Source of the DNA: Eubacteriales bacterium
GTDB taxonomy: Bacteria > Bacillota > Clostridia > Oscillospirales > CAG-382
Length of the DNA stretch: 64,000 bases
NCBI GenBank assembly: GCA_045580005.1
Contig: JAZNMZ010000003.1
Coordinates: forward strand, 20,469 to 84,468
Direction: 5' to 3'
Shown piece by piece: positions 10,676-21,172 of this stretch. The position numbers were made by a program, and so were the translations under genes. Position 1 is the first letter of the stretch, and each line of letters starts with the position of its first letter. Below the pieces are notes generated by a model that saw only the letters and a program-made list of their open reading frames with translations, did no database searches and was not told the DNA's origin.

Positions 10676-10704
10676 AGGATAACATATCGGCCACTTTTTG
10701 TCAA
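10676..10704 (-). promoter_or_regulatory. Candidate sigma-A promoter of the ABC locus (TTGACA-17-TATCCT)
   Basis: Minus-strand TTGACA at 10704-10699, 17-nt spacer, TATCCT at 10681-10676. This would give a ~290-nt leader. Confidence 0.35.
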
Positions 10705-11069
10705 GACAAACAAAGCTTTCCTCGTGCTTGTCACAGCATATTTTCTTGGCCACAATTCAGACATTTTTTGCCCCGAAAAGGTGTTCGGATTTTTTTAGCG
10801 TTCACAAAATATTGCACAAATATTGTGTCAGAAAATTATCTTCTGCACGCTTCTTGCCGAAAAGCTCTTTGTTTTCAAGGTTTTTGCAGGTACACAAATG
10901 TGAATTTTTATTAAGTATATAATTTTGAAATAATTTAAATTTGCAAAACTAATTTATGCATACGGAGTTTTTGTCTGAGAATAACAATCTCAAAGAGTTT
11001 TTTCTTCATTTTTTGCTCATTTTGTTTGTGCGTTTTGCACAAATATATTGAAGATTTTTCTACACGATG

Positions 11070-11104
11070 AAAAAAATGACGAAACACTTTTTGGGTGTTT
11101 CGTC
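11070..11104 (-). terminator. Rho-independent terminator after the ABC-F gene
   Basis: Minus strand reads GACGAAACAC-loop-GTGTTTCGTC followed by A+TTTTTTT. Confidence 0.8.
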
Positions 11105-11150
11105 TACTACTTTTCGTTAACTTTTTATAATTAAATACGATTTTTCATAC

Positions 11151-13079
11151 TCACTCTATTTCTTCGAGCTCAGCACTTGCTCTGTCCCATATCTCATATA
11201 GCTCGTCGAGTCTCGCGTGAAGACTGTCGGCTTCTGCAAAAAGCTCTCCTGTTTTGACATAGTCGCCGCCGCACTGCTCGAGGAGGCTGTCTATCTCCTC
11301 AAGTCTTGCCTCGCACTCGGATATTCCCCTCTCGGCGTCGGCAATCTGCTTTTCTGCCTTGCGCCGACGACTCTTTTCCTGCTTGCCTCTGAGATAGACC
11401 TCCTTGCCTACACCTGTCTGCTCCGCGGCAGAAACCCCTGCGCTGTGTGAGGTGCTTTGTTTTTTGTTTTTGTACTCGCAAAAATCCTCGTAACCGCCCT
11501 TGTAGTCAAATATCGAGTCGTTTGACATCTCGATAATTCGGTTTGCAAGCTTTTTTATAAAATATCTGTCGTGCGACACGGCAACAAGCGTGCCGTCATA
11601 TCCAGACAGTGCCTGCTCGAGTATTTCTCTTGTCGCGGCATCTAGGTGGTTTGTCGGCTCGTCAAAAATGAGAAGGTTGAGCTCGTCAAGCATAAGCTTT
11701 GCGAAAGTGAGTCTTGCCTTTTCGCCTCCCGAGAGTACGCGTACTTCCTTAAAAACATCGTCCGCCTTAAAAAGGAAGCGCGCAAGCACGCCTCTTATCT
11801 CGCTCTGCTTCTTATCAGGATAGCAGCTCCAGAGCTCCTCAAGGATTGTGTTGTCGGGATTAAGTCCCTGGTTTTCCTGGTCATAGTAGCCTATTTTTAT
11901 CTTGCTTATATACTCAAAGCTGCCGCTGTCCTGTGCCAGCTTGCCGCAAAGAATCTTTAAAAGAGTAGACTTTCCGACACCATTCTCACCGAAAACAAAC
12001 ACTCTGTCCCCGCTGTGCACCGTAAAGCTGATATTTGAAAAAAGGGGCTTCCCGGGGTATGCCTTGCTGAGTGCACGCACATCAAGAATGTTGTCTGACA
12101 AAAGCTTTGCACTGCCCGAACTGAAGCACATAGAAACACTGTCCGGAAGCGCCTCGGGGCGCTCAAGCTTATCCATGCGCTCGATTGCTTTCATACGGCT
12201 CTCGGCGGCAATAATATTGCGCTCGCGATTCCATCTTCGCTGATTCTCGATAAAAGCTTCCATACGCTCTATCTCGCGGCGCTGATTTTTGTAGTGTCTC
12301 TCGTCTATTTCCCTATCCTTTTCCTTTTGCTTTACAAAGCCGCTGTACGAGCTGTTGTACAGCTTGCCCTTAGAGTTTTCTATCTCAAGAGTCTTGTTTG
12401 TAACCTTATCAAGAAAATATCTGTCGTGCGAAACAACAATAAGAGTCTTGCGGTAGGACGCAAGATATTCCTCAAGCCACTGCACTGTCGAAATATCAAG
12501 ATGATTTGTCGGCTCGTCGAGCATCAGTATATCGGGCTCGCGAAGCAGCGCGCCTGCAAGAGCGACCCTTGTCTTCTGACCGCCCGAGAGGGTATCTATT
12601 TTCATATGCTGGCGCTCCTGGTCAAAGCCGAGTGCGCTGAGCATACTCTTTATTCTGCTCTTATATTCGTAACCGCCGTTTGCGCGGAACTTTTCCTCAA
12701 GCTCCGTGTACTCTTTTGCAAGTCTTATGTGTTCCTCATCCGAGCGCTCGTCCTCAAGCCTTTGCTGCAGATCAAAAAGCCTCTGTTCATCACGCACAAG
12801 CTCGGGAAATGTAAGCAGCATTTCGTCAAACAGAATATTGTCCGAATCAAAGCCTGCATTCTGCTCAAGATACGACACGCGCAGGCCCCTTGAAATGTTG
12901 ACAGAGCCCGAATCAGGTCGCGCGCTGCCGTTTATAACCTTTAAAAGCAGTGATTTTCCCGCTCCGTTTACTCCGACGATGCCGAGCCTGTCGCCCTCAT
13001 TGAGTCCAAAAGTTATTTTGTCAAGTATCGTGTCGGCACCGAACGATACTGTTATGTCCGAAAGATTAAGTATTATCAA
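11151..13079 (-). CDS. ABC-F family ATPase (two NBDs, no TMD; translation-factor type) with coiled-coil C-terminal extension
   Basis: Two Walker A motifs (GVNGAGKS, GENGVGKS), two signatures (LSGGQKTR, LSGGEKAR), charged inter-domain linker. TTG start 7 nt after AGGAGA. Confidence 0.9.
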   Translation of the reverse strand: MIILNLSDITVSFGADTILDKITFGLNEGDRLGIVGVNGAGKSLLLKVINGSARPDSGSVNISRGLRVSYLEQNAGFDSDNILFDEMLLTFPELVRDEQRLFDLQQRLEDERSDEEHIRLAKEYTELEEKFRANGGYEYKSRIKSMLSALGFDQERQHMKIDTLSGGQKTRVALAGALLREPDILMLDEPTNHLDISTVQWLEEYLASYRKTLIVVSHDRYFLDKVTNKTLEIENSKGKLYNSSYSGFVKQKEKDREIDERHYKNQRREIERMEAFIENQRRWNRERNIIAAESRMKAIERMDKLERPEALPDSVSMCFSSGSAKLLSDNILDVRALSKAYPGKPLFSNISFTVHSGDRVFVFGENGVGKSTLLKILCGKLAQDSGSFEYISKIKIGYYDQENQGLNPDNTILEELWSCYPDKKQSEIRGVLARFLFKADDVFKEVRVLSGGEKARLTFAKLMLDELNLLIFDEPTNHLDAATREILEQALSGYDGTLVAVSHDRYFIKKLANRIIEMSNDSIFDYKGGYEDFCEYKNKKQSTSHSAGVSAAEQTGVGKEVYLRGKQEKSRRRKAEKQIADAERGISECEARLEEIDSLLEQCGGDYVKTGELFAEADSLHARLDELYEIWDRASAELEEIE

Positions 13080-13096
13080 ATCAAATTCTCCTGAAA

Positions 13097-13756
13097 TCAG
13101 CCATTTGTTGTCGGTCTTTGATAAATGTCCTTTATAAAAAGTATGCCGTCGTCGCTCTCAAGCTCAAACACCAAAGGCAGGCTGTACCCGTCCTGTATAT
13201 CGGTCCTGAAGCTGCCGTCATTGTGGAATATCTTATATGACACAAGGTACACGCCGTAAAACGAGCCTGTTTCCGTATTGTCAAGCTCGCCCAGCACCTC
13301 CACTTCCATATCATACAGCCGCTGAGGCGTAAACTGTCGTCCCTCAAAGGCAACCTTGTCATACGCCCGTGCAGAGTATGTAAAATACCTCGGCGAGAAA
13401 AGACAGATATAATCATCAATACTGCCTTTTTTGACAAAACCAAAGTACTCTGCAAAAAAGTGCGCAACATCACCGTACTCTTCCGCATCCGCAAGCGGTA
13501 TCAGAGTTTTTTCGTCATCCTTTTCAAACCAGAAGTGTTCGCTGTCAAGCTCCTCGTAGCCTGTATCGTCGGCGTCTGTTTCCCAGAAATTGTATCCGCC
13601 GGGCGAAGCCTCCTGCTCGTCGGCTTTTATCTCCGAGCTTTCAAGTCCCCTCAGAATCGCGGGGAGTACAAGCTCAGCAAGCACCAGCAGAGCTGCGAGA
13701 ATTATACAAACGGTAAGTGCCGTCTTTTTTATCAGATTCTTCTTATCCATAAACAT
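13097..13756 (-). CDS. Hypothetical membrane-anchored protein
   Basis: 219-aa ORF with one N-terminal TM (ALTVCIILAALLVLAELVLPAIL), tightly spaced between truB and the ABC-F gene. Confidence 0.55.
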   Translation of the reverse strand: MFMDKKNLIKKTALTVCIILAALLVLAELVLPAILRGLESSEIKADEQEASPGGYNFWETDADDTGYEELDSEHFWFEKDDEKTLIPLADAEEYGDVAHFFAEYFGFVKKGSIDDYICLFSPRYFTYSARAYDKVAFEGRQFTPQRLYDMEVEVLGELDNTETGSFYGVYLVSYKIFHNDGSFRTDIQDGYSLPLVFELESDDGILFIKDIYQRPTTNG

Positions 13757-13772
13757 CCTTTCTGATCACGAG

Positions 13773-14684
13773 TCAAAATCTCACCTGCGCCTTTACGGCA
13801 GGTCCCTCCTTGTATTCACCAAGCTTGCCGACAGCAAAAAAAGCTCCGTCGCTGTCATAAAGTCGGCACAGTCCCTCAGGCGAGAAGCTTTGTGCGTTCT
13901 TATGTAGCTTTTCAAGATAAATTTCACACCCGTTTTTGCACAGCCTTGAGTAAAACTCGGGAAGCTTTACGCATGGCAAATCCGAAAACACCGTCTCGGG
14001 CGACACGAGAAGATTTTGCAGTCCCTGCGTGTCTTTTGCATTATAAAGAGCCTCAAGCTGCTCTACGGTTACCGAGTTTTCTGCCGAAAACTGACCGCAG
14101 TATCTCCTTTCAAGCGAAAAGAGCGTGCCCACATTGTCAAGGGAAGTCCCTATGTCCTCGCACAGAGTCCTTATATATGTGCCCTTTGAACAGTCAACAT
14201 CAAAAATATAATCGGTGTCATTTATTTTTTCAACAAGTCTTATATCATATATTGTAACCTTGCGGCTTTTGCGTTCGACAGTTATCCCCTCACGGGCAAG
14301 CTCATAGAGCTTTTTGCCACCGACCTTGATTGCCGAATACATCGGAGGAGTCTGATCAATAGTTCCGACCATACTCTTTGCTGCCGAGAGAACTTTCTCC
14401 TGTGAGCAGAGAAAATCTCTTGTTTCAAGAATATTGCCCGTTACATCTCCGCTGTCGGTCAATGTGCCAAACCGCATACCGGCGCGGTAGCCCTTATCGT
14501 GATTCATAAGATATTCCTGCGCAGCGCAGGCACTGCCGATAAGCACAGGCAGCACACCGCACGCCATAGGGTCAAGCGTACCCGCGTGTCCCACACGGCG
14601 CGTGCCGAAAAACCGCTTCATCCTCGCCACAACATCATGGGATGTGTAGCCTTTGGGCTTATATACATTTATTATTCCGTCCAT
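13773..14684 (-). CDS. truB: tRNA pseudouridine(55) synthase
   Basis: MDGIINVYKPKGYTSHDVV...GHAGTLDPMACGVLPV (catalytic Asp motif). ATG at 14684 preceded by GAGGA. Confidence 0.9.
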   Translation of the reverse strand: MDGIINVYKPKGYTSHDVVARMKRFFGTRRVGHAGTLDPMACGVLPVLIGSACAAQEYLMNHDKGYRAGMRFGTLTDSGDVTGNILETRDFLCSQEKVLSAAKSMVGTIDQTPPMYSAIKVGGKKLYELAREGITVERKSRKVTIYDIRLVEKINDTDYIFDVDCSKGTYIRTLCEDIGTSLDNVGTLFSLERRYCGQFSAENSVTVEQLEALYNAKDTQGLQNLLVSPETVFSDLPCVKLPEFYSRLCKNGCEIYLEKLHKNAQSFSPEGLCRLYDSDGAFFAVGKLGEYKEGPAVKAQVRF

Positions 14685-14861
14685 ATTTTTCCTCATAAAA
14701 AGTTTTAACTATATAATTATAGCATTTTTATGCCTTATTTTCAACAACATTTTAATAAAAAGTAGCCCTAAAGTTACGCAACTTTCCTTGACTTTCAGCG
14801 CTTTATGTGGTAGCATATTGGTAGACTTTTCATTTTTATTTATAAAAGGGAGTATAATGTA

Positions 14862-15299
14862 ATGAAAATTTTATTGTTTATCAAAAAAACCTTGTCCAAC
14901 ACAGCTCTCATCTACACATTTATCTCGCTGGGAATGCTTGTGCTTGCAAACTACATCGAGCACGGTGCGGCATCTGGTGCAAACTATGTGCCCAATCTTT
15001 CGTTCTCGCTGCTTGTGCTCGCTTTCGGATTTGTGTGTGCACTCTCCCACGCAATAAAGGACGAACTTAAAATAAACTCTGCATTAAAGAACACTCTCGC
15101 TTTTATTGTGTCGTATGCGGCTTTTTATCTGTGCTTTTTCGTATGGTCGGGAAATTCAAGTCAGTTTTCATCCATTGCTATATTCTCGACAGCTTTTATC
15201 ATCGTGTATGCCATTGTTAAAGCAATAAATACACTTGTAAACAGAAAACCTGCACAGGAAGAATACAAAGAAGTTTTCTCCGAGCTCGAAAACAAATAA
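14862..15299 (+). CDS. Hypothetical small integral membrane protein
   Basis: 145 aa with 4 hydrophobic segments. AGGGAG RBS upstream of the ATG. Confidence 0.55.
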   Translation: MKILLFIKKTLSNTALIYTFISLGMLVLANYIEHGAASGANYVPNLSFSLLVLAFGFVCALSHAIKDELKINSALKNTLAFIVSYAAFYLCFFVWSGNSSQFSSIAIFSTAFIIVYAIVKAINTLVNRKPAQEEYKEVFSELENK

Positions 15300-15311
15300 A
15301 AAGGAAACAAC

Positions 15312-16445
15312 ATGGGCAATGTACGATATGTCGCCACCTGTCTTTTCGGACTCGAAAAGCTGCTTGGCGAGGAAATAGACTCTCTCGGCTACACCCGCCG
15401 CTCGACTATCGACGGCAGAGTGTATTTTGAAGGCCCGTTCGAGGCTGTGGCAAGGACAAATATCTGGCTTCGCACGGCAGAGCGCGTGCTTATCGAAATG
15501 GGCACTTTTAGCGCGCTCACATTTACAGAGCTTTTTGACGGGGTCAAAAAAATCCCGTGGGAAAGATTTATAAAAAAGCAGGATGCTTTCCCCGTAAAAG
15601 GGCACTCGATAAAATCCGACCTGCACTCTATACCCGACTGTCAGAAGATAATCAAAAAAGCCATTGTCGAACGCCTCAAAGAGGCATACAGTACCGAATG
15701 GTTTGAAGAAACAGGCGTAAAGTACCAGATAGAGTTCTTTATTTTAAACAACAAAGCTACAATTATGATTGACACAAGCGGCGCGCCCCTGCACAAGCGA
15801 GGCTACCGCCCCGAGGCAAACCTTGCGCCGATAAGAGAAACTCTTGCGGCGGCGCTCGTCATGCTCTCGCGCCCACGCGAGGAGGTTATCCTGTGGGATC
15901 CTTTCTGCGGTTCGGGAACAATCGCCATTGAAGCGGCCCTTATTATGACAAACTCTGCGCCCGGCAGAAACCGCCGTTTTGCAGCCGAAGCGTACCCCTG
16001 GATACCAAAATCCGTCTGGGACGAGGCAAGGGACGAAGCAAAAAAGCTCTTCCGCCCCGACACGGCATTCCGCGCCATTGCCACAGACATAGACGCGGAA
16101 GCTGTTGAAATCGCACGCGACAACATCCGGCGCGCAGGTATGTGGGACTATATCAACTGCTTCAAAAAAGACGCACTCACAATCCGCAAGGATGACAAGC
16201 GCACTACGATAGTATGCAATCCGCCATACGGCGAGCGTATGAATACAATAAAAGAAGCTCAGGCGCTCTATCGCAAAATGGGCAAGGTATTCAGCAAGCT
16301 CTCTCCCTGGCAGATATATATCATAACATCCGATGAGGAGTTTGAGTCTTTCTACGGAAGACGGGCAGACAAGGTGCGCAGACTCTACAACGGTATGATA
16401 CGCTGCAATTACTATCAATTCTTTAAAAGAACAGACAGGGATTGA
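15312..16445 (+). CDS. THUMP-domain class I SAM-dependent RNA methyltransferase (RlmL/YpsC-like)
   Basis: N-terminal THUMP-like region. DPFCGSGTI SAM motif and NPPYGER catalytic motif. Confidence 0.85.
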   Translation: MGNVRYVATCLFGLEKLLGEEIDSLGYTRRSTIDGRVYFEGPFEAVARTNIWLRTAERVLIEMGTFSALTFTELFDGVKKIPWERFIKKQDAFPVKGHSIKSDLHSIPDCQKIIKKAIVERLKEAYSTEWFEETGVKYQIEFFILNNKATIMIDTSGAPLHKRGYRPEANLAPIRETLAAALVMLSRPREEVILWDPFCGSGTIAIEAALIMTNSAPGRNRRFAAEAYPWIPKSVWDEARDEAKKLFRPDTAFRAIATDIDAEAVEIARDNIRRAGMWDYINCFKKDALTIRKDDKRTTIVCNPPYGERMNTIKEAQALYRKMGKVFSKLSPWQIYIITSDEEFESFYGRRADKVRRLYNGMIRCNYYQFFKRTDRD

Positions 16446-16528
16446 CAACATCCGACAGCTTTTGTCACTCTGTATCCTTGAGTGAGAAGCTGAAATGTTA
16501 ATTAATTGTAAACATACCTGTCGGGTGC

Positions 16529-16557
16529 TTGATTTTTTTACCACAGTAGGATAAAAT
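16529..16557 (+). promoter_or_regulatory. groESL sigma-A promoter (TTGATT-17-TAAAAT)
   Basis: TTGATT at 16529-16534, 17-nt spacer, TAAAAT at 16552-16557, immediately upstream of CIRCE. Confidence 0.6.
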
Positions 16558-16569
16558 TAGTATTGCCGA

Positions 16570-16596
16570 TTAGCACTCAATTCAGGCGAGTGCTAA
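16570..16596 (+). promoter_or_regulatory. CIRCE operator (HrcA binding site)
   Basis: Perfect TTAGCACTC-N9-GAGTGCTAA inverted repeat 42 nt upstream of groES. Confidence 0.95.
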
Positions 16597-16625
16597 AACA
16601 TAAAAGTTATTTTAATCATAAATAG

Positions 16626-16925
<300 letters not shown>

Positions 16926-16928
16926 TAG

Positions 16929-18572
<1,644 letters not shown>

Positions 18573-18712
18573 TGTGTACAGACCGAACTGAGTCTTAATT
18601 GTTATCTTGGTTGCTGTACACGCCGAGCTTTGAACATAGTCCAAAACTCACCAACACAACAAAAACCTCCCGAAGCGGTGCCTTCCATAAAGCAGGTTTT
18701 ACCTACCGCAAC

Positions 18713-18794
18713 CTTGTAGGGCGGTGGCTTGCTGCCGCCGAAAACAAACGATATATGCAAAGGAAACGGCGGGAGATAAACCCCCGCCCTACAA
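18713..18794. repeat. REPIN-like doublet: two GTAG-headed GC-rich hairpins in inverted orientation
   Basis: The plus strand reads GTAGGGCGGTGG-cttg-CTGCCGCC at 18716-18739. The minus strand reads GTAGGGCGGG-loop-CCCGCC at 18792-18768. The outer 11 nt, TTGTAGGGCGG and CCGCCCTACAA, are perfectly complementary. Confidence 0.6.
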
Positions 18795-18795
18795 C

Positions 18796-18834
18796 AAAAG
18801 GAGTACGGACAATTTGTTCGTACTCCTTTTCACA
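18796..18834 (+). terminator. Hairpin terminator downstream of groEL (bidirectional shape)
   Basis: AAAAGGAGTACG-11 nt-CGTACTCCTTTT, a 12-bp stem flanked by A and T runs. Confidence 0.75.
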
Positions 18835-18894
18835 CGCCTTTCTTTATGTTCATCTATTGCTCGTCAATTTTCCTGACAAGCACTGCTTTTGCGG

Positions 18895-18926
18895 ACACAA
18901 AAGCAAAGCCCCGCGCGAGGCGGGGC
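18895..18926 (-). terminator. Rho-independent terminator after the XRE/TPR regulator gene
   Basis: GCCCCGC-GCGAG-GCGGGGC stem at 18908-18926. The minus strand continues CTTTGCTTTTG. Confidence 0.65.
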
Positions 18927-18932
18927 GGGAAT

Positions 18933-20024
18933 TTACGGCTTTTTTGCAACCTTTTTCAATCGATCAACAAGCACTCCATAACGGGCATCGCAACGCAAAA
19001 CGGCAGCTTCATCATCATTTGTCAACCATTCAAGCATAGATTGCGAACGGTTGCCCTCCGCCTCCATAATCCATCCGCCACTTGAGTAGCCGCGAAGAAT
19101 GGGCGAGGTGTGTGGCGCATCAAAATCATATGTGTCCATATGAATAGCAAAATCTGCACCTTTTTCAAGCCAGTTCCATGCTTCTTCGTAGTTCTGCCTT
19201 CTCAGATATGCAGTGCACAGAAAACCACAAGCAATCTCACCAAGCTGAGCTTTGATTTGATAATCACCATCGGGGAAAAGCAATTCAAGAAAACTTACTT
19301 CTGTCTTCCACAAATGAATTCTGTCTTCAAGTGGATAAATAAACTCTCCATTATCATGCTTTTGACCGACTGCAAGTTCAATCATTTCTGCTGTGTGATA
19401 AATTAGAAAAGATAAATAGCCTTGAAATTCTTCAAAATCAGCATCACCCTTCCAATGGTACATCATAAAGTTTTCATACGAAAAATGAGCGCGAGGCATT
19501 TCCTCGGCAAGTTTTAACATTTCGTCTTTTTTGCCTGCATATCCATAAGCTGTTCCAAGCGTATCGATTGCTTCATATCGAATTGCGCTATCGGTACATT
19601 CCGCAAGGATTCGATTACAAAGGTCAAACACCTCGGCATATTCTTTGATGCTTTTTCGAGAATATTCACATACCAACGAATCGGCAAGACGTTCCATGAT
19701 CTTGTAATCACGCGGAAATTTTCTGTTCGCTTCACGGAGAATCGCAGTACGCTCTGAACCTTTTCCTTGGTAACCCAACTCGGCTGCTTCGGTTAAATAT
19801 TTTTTTATTTCCTCGTTGTTCTTCTCAATATCGATTCCGAGCAAAACATCTGACGAAACATCGAAGATATGGCAGAGCGCGGGGAGCTGAGAAATATCAG
19901 GAGCGGTTCTATCGCACTCCCATTGAGAAATTGCGCGAGAAGTGATACCAAGATACTCGGCAAGCTGTTCCTGCGTAATGTCTTTCTCTCGACGAAGACG
20001 TTTGATGGTTGTTCCAATAGACAT
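18933..20024 (-). CDS. XRE-family HTH transcriptional regulator with long helical (TPR-like) C-terminal domain
   Basis: N-terminus IKRLRREKDITQEQLAEYLGITSRAISQWE is a classic Cro/C1 HTH. ~290-aa helical repeat-like C-terminus. GGGAGG RBS. Confidence 0.85.
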   Translation of the reverse strand: MSIGTTIKRLRREKDITQEQLAEYLGITSRAISQWECDRTAPDISQLPALCHIFDVSSDVLLGIDIEKNNEEIKKYLTEAAELGYQGKGSERTAILREANRKFPRDYKIMERLADSLVCEYSRKSIKEYAEVFDLCNRILAECTDSAIRYEAIDTLGTAYGYAGKKDEMLKLAEEMPRAHFSYENFMMYHWKGDADFEEFQGYLSFLIYHTAEMIELAVGQKHDNGEFIYPLEDRIHLWKTEVSFLELLFPDGDYQIKAQLGEIACGFLCTAYLRRQNYEEAWNWLEKGADFAIHMDTYDFDAPHTSPILRGYSSGGWIMEAEGNRSQSMLEWLTNDDEAAVLRCDARYGVLVDRLKKVAKKP

Positions 20025-20174
20025 ATGATTGTCCTCCCAAAATTATTCAAAAGCACTTTTGTATTTTTTATTATATCAAATTCAAAAAAATATTCCACGA
20101 AGTGTTTGTTGATACAAAGTATAGTTTTGCTTTGATTTTCAAAGATATTATATCATAAACGGTATAATAATGCA

Positions 20175-20210
20175 AGAAAAAAAGACATGCTCAAAATGAA
20201 CATGTCTTTC
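20175..20210 (-). terminator. Rho-independent terminator after the radical SAM gene
   Basis: Minus strand reads AAAGACATG-11 nt-CATGTCTTT followed by TTTTCTT. Confidence 0.7.
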
Positions 20211-20296
20211 TCAATATAACCTGCTTTATCGCAGGTACGCCAAAGGGAGGTTTTTCTTTGTGTATTGCAGGCTTTTTTCTTTTTGTAGGGGCGTTT

Positions 20297-21172
20297 TCAC
20301 ACCTCAAACGGCGGAACGAACTTTTTGTCTGCGCTGTCTTTGTCCTGCAAAAAGCCGTTTTTGATACCAAGCCTTATTGCATACTCTGTAACTCTCTGAT
20401 ACTCAAGGCTTGTGAGTGCGCGGTTTATCTCGGGAAACTCGGACGCTCTGTGGCTCGGGAAATACTGCCGCATAATGCTGACATATAGCTTTTCGGTGTC
20501 AAACTCGTGTGCCAGAAACTCGAGCACCTTAAAGGATTCCCTCATGTTTGACGGCAGCACAAGATGGCGCACAAGTGTGCCGCTCACTATCATTCCGCAA
20601 GAGTCAAAACGGGGATAGCCCGATATATCAAACATCTTTTTTATTGCCGCACTTGCATTTTCAAAATAATCTGCCGCACCCGAATATCTTGCCGAAAGTC
20701 CGGGGGTGATATACTTCAGATCAGGCAGGAACACATCTACATAGCCTGCAAGCCTCTGTACCGTCTTTTCGTTCTCGTAGCCGCCCGAATTCCAGATGAC
20801 AGGCACCGATAATCTATGCTTTATCCTATCAAGCACACGCACAATACTGTCGGTATAATGCGTGGGCGTTACAAAATTTATATTGTGAACGCCGTCATCC
20901 TGAAGTCTGAGTATTATATCACAAAGTTCATCCTCGGATATGTATTTTCCTCCAAAGCCCTGCGAAATCTCATAATTCTGGCAATAAACGCACCTCAAGC
21001 TACAACCAGAAAAGAAAATTGTGCCTGAGCCGTGCTCACCCGATATACATGGTTCCTCCCACATATGCTTATCGGCTCTTGCAATCTTAAGAGTATTGCC
21101 CGCACCGCAAAAACCGACAGAGGCTTCTCTGTCGGTCTTACATTTTCTCGGGCAAATGGTGCACACGCTCAT
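20297..21172 (-). CDS. Radical SAM protein, PflX-like (homolog of glycyl-radical activating enzymes, COG1313-type)
   Basis: CSLRCVYCQN CxxxCxxC cluster motif. N-terminal Cys-rich MSVCTICPRKC. ATG at 21172 overlaps the upstream stop (ATGA). Confidence 0.85.
   Translation of the reverse strand: MSVCTICPRKCKTDREASVGFCGAGNTLKIARADKHMWEEPCISGEHGSGTIFFSGCSLRCVYCQNYEISQGFGGKYISEDELCDIILRLQDDGVHNINFVTPTHYTDSIVRVLDRIKHRLSVPVIWNSGGYENEKTVQRLAGYVDVFLPDLKYITPGLSARYSGAADYFENASAAIKKMFDISGYPRFDSCGMIVSGTLVRHLVLPSNMRESFKVLEFLAHEFDTEKLYVSIMRQYFPSHRASEFPEINRALTSLEYQRVTEYAIRLGIKNGFLQDKDSADKKFVPPFEV

Noticed and set aside
11151-13079. The ABC-F protein as a possible antibiotic-resistance (ARE) determinant.
   Set aside because: The inter-domain linker is of ordinary length, and a Uup-like coiled-coil tail fits a housekeeping translation factor. 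ARE status cannot be judged without a phylogeny, so I make no claim.
18599-19085. Plus-strand ORFs of 146 aa and 79 aa downstream of groEL.
   Set aside because: They span terminators and repeat hairpins and overlap the 3' end of the XRE regulator gene. They have no RBS and their composition is implausible.
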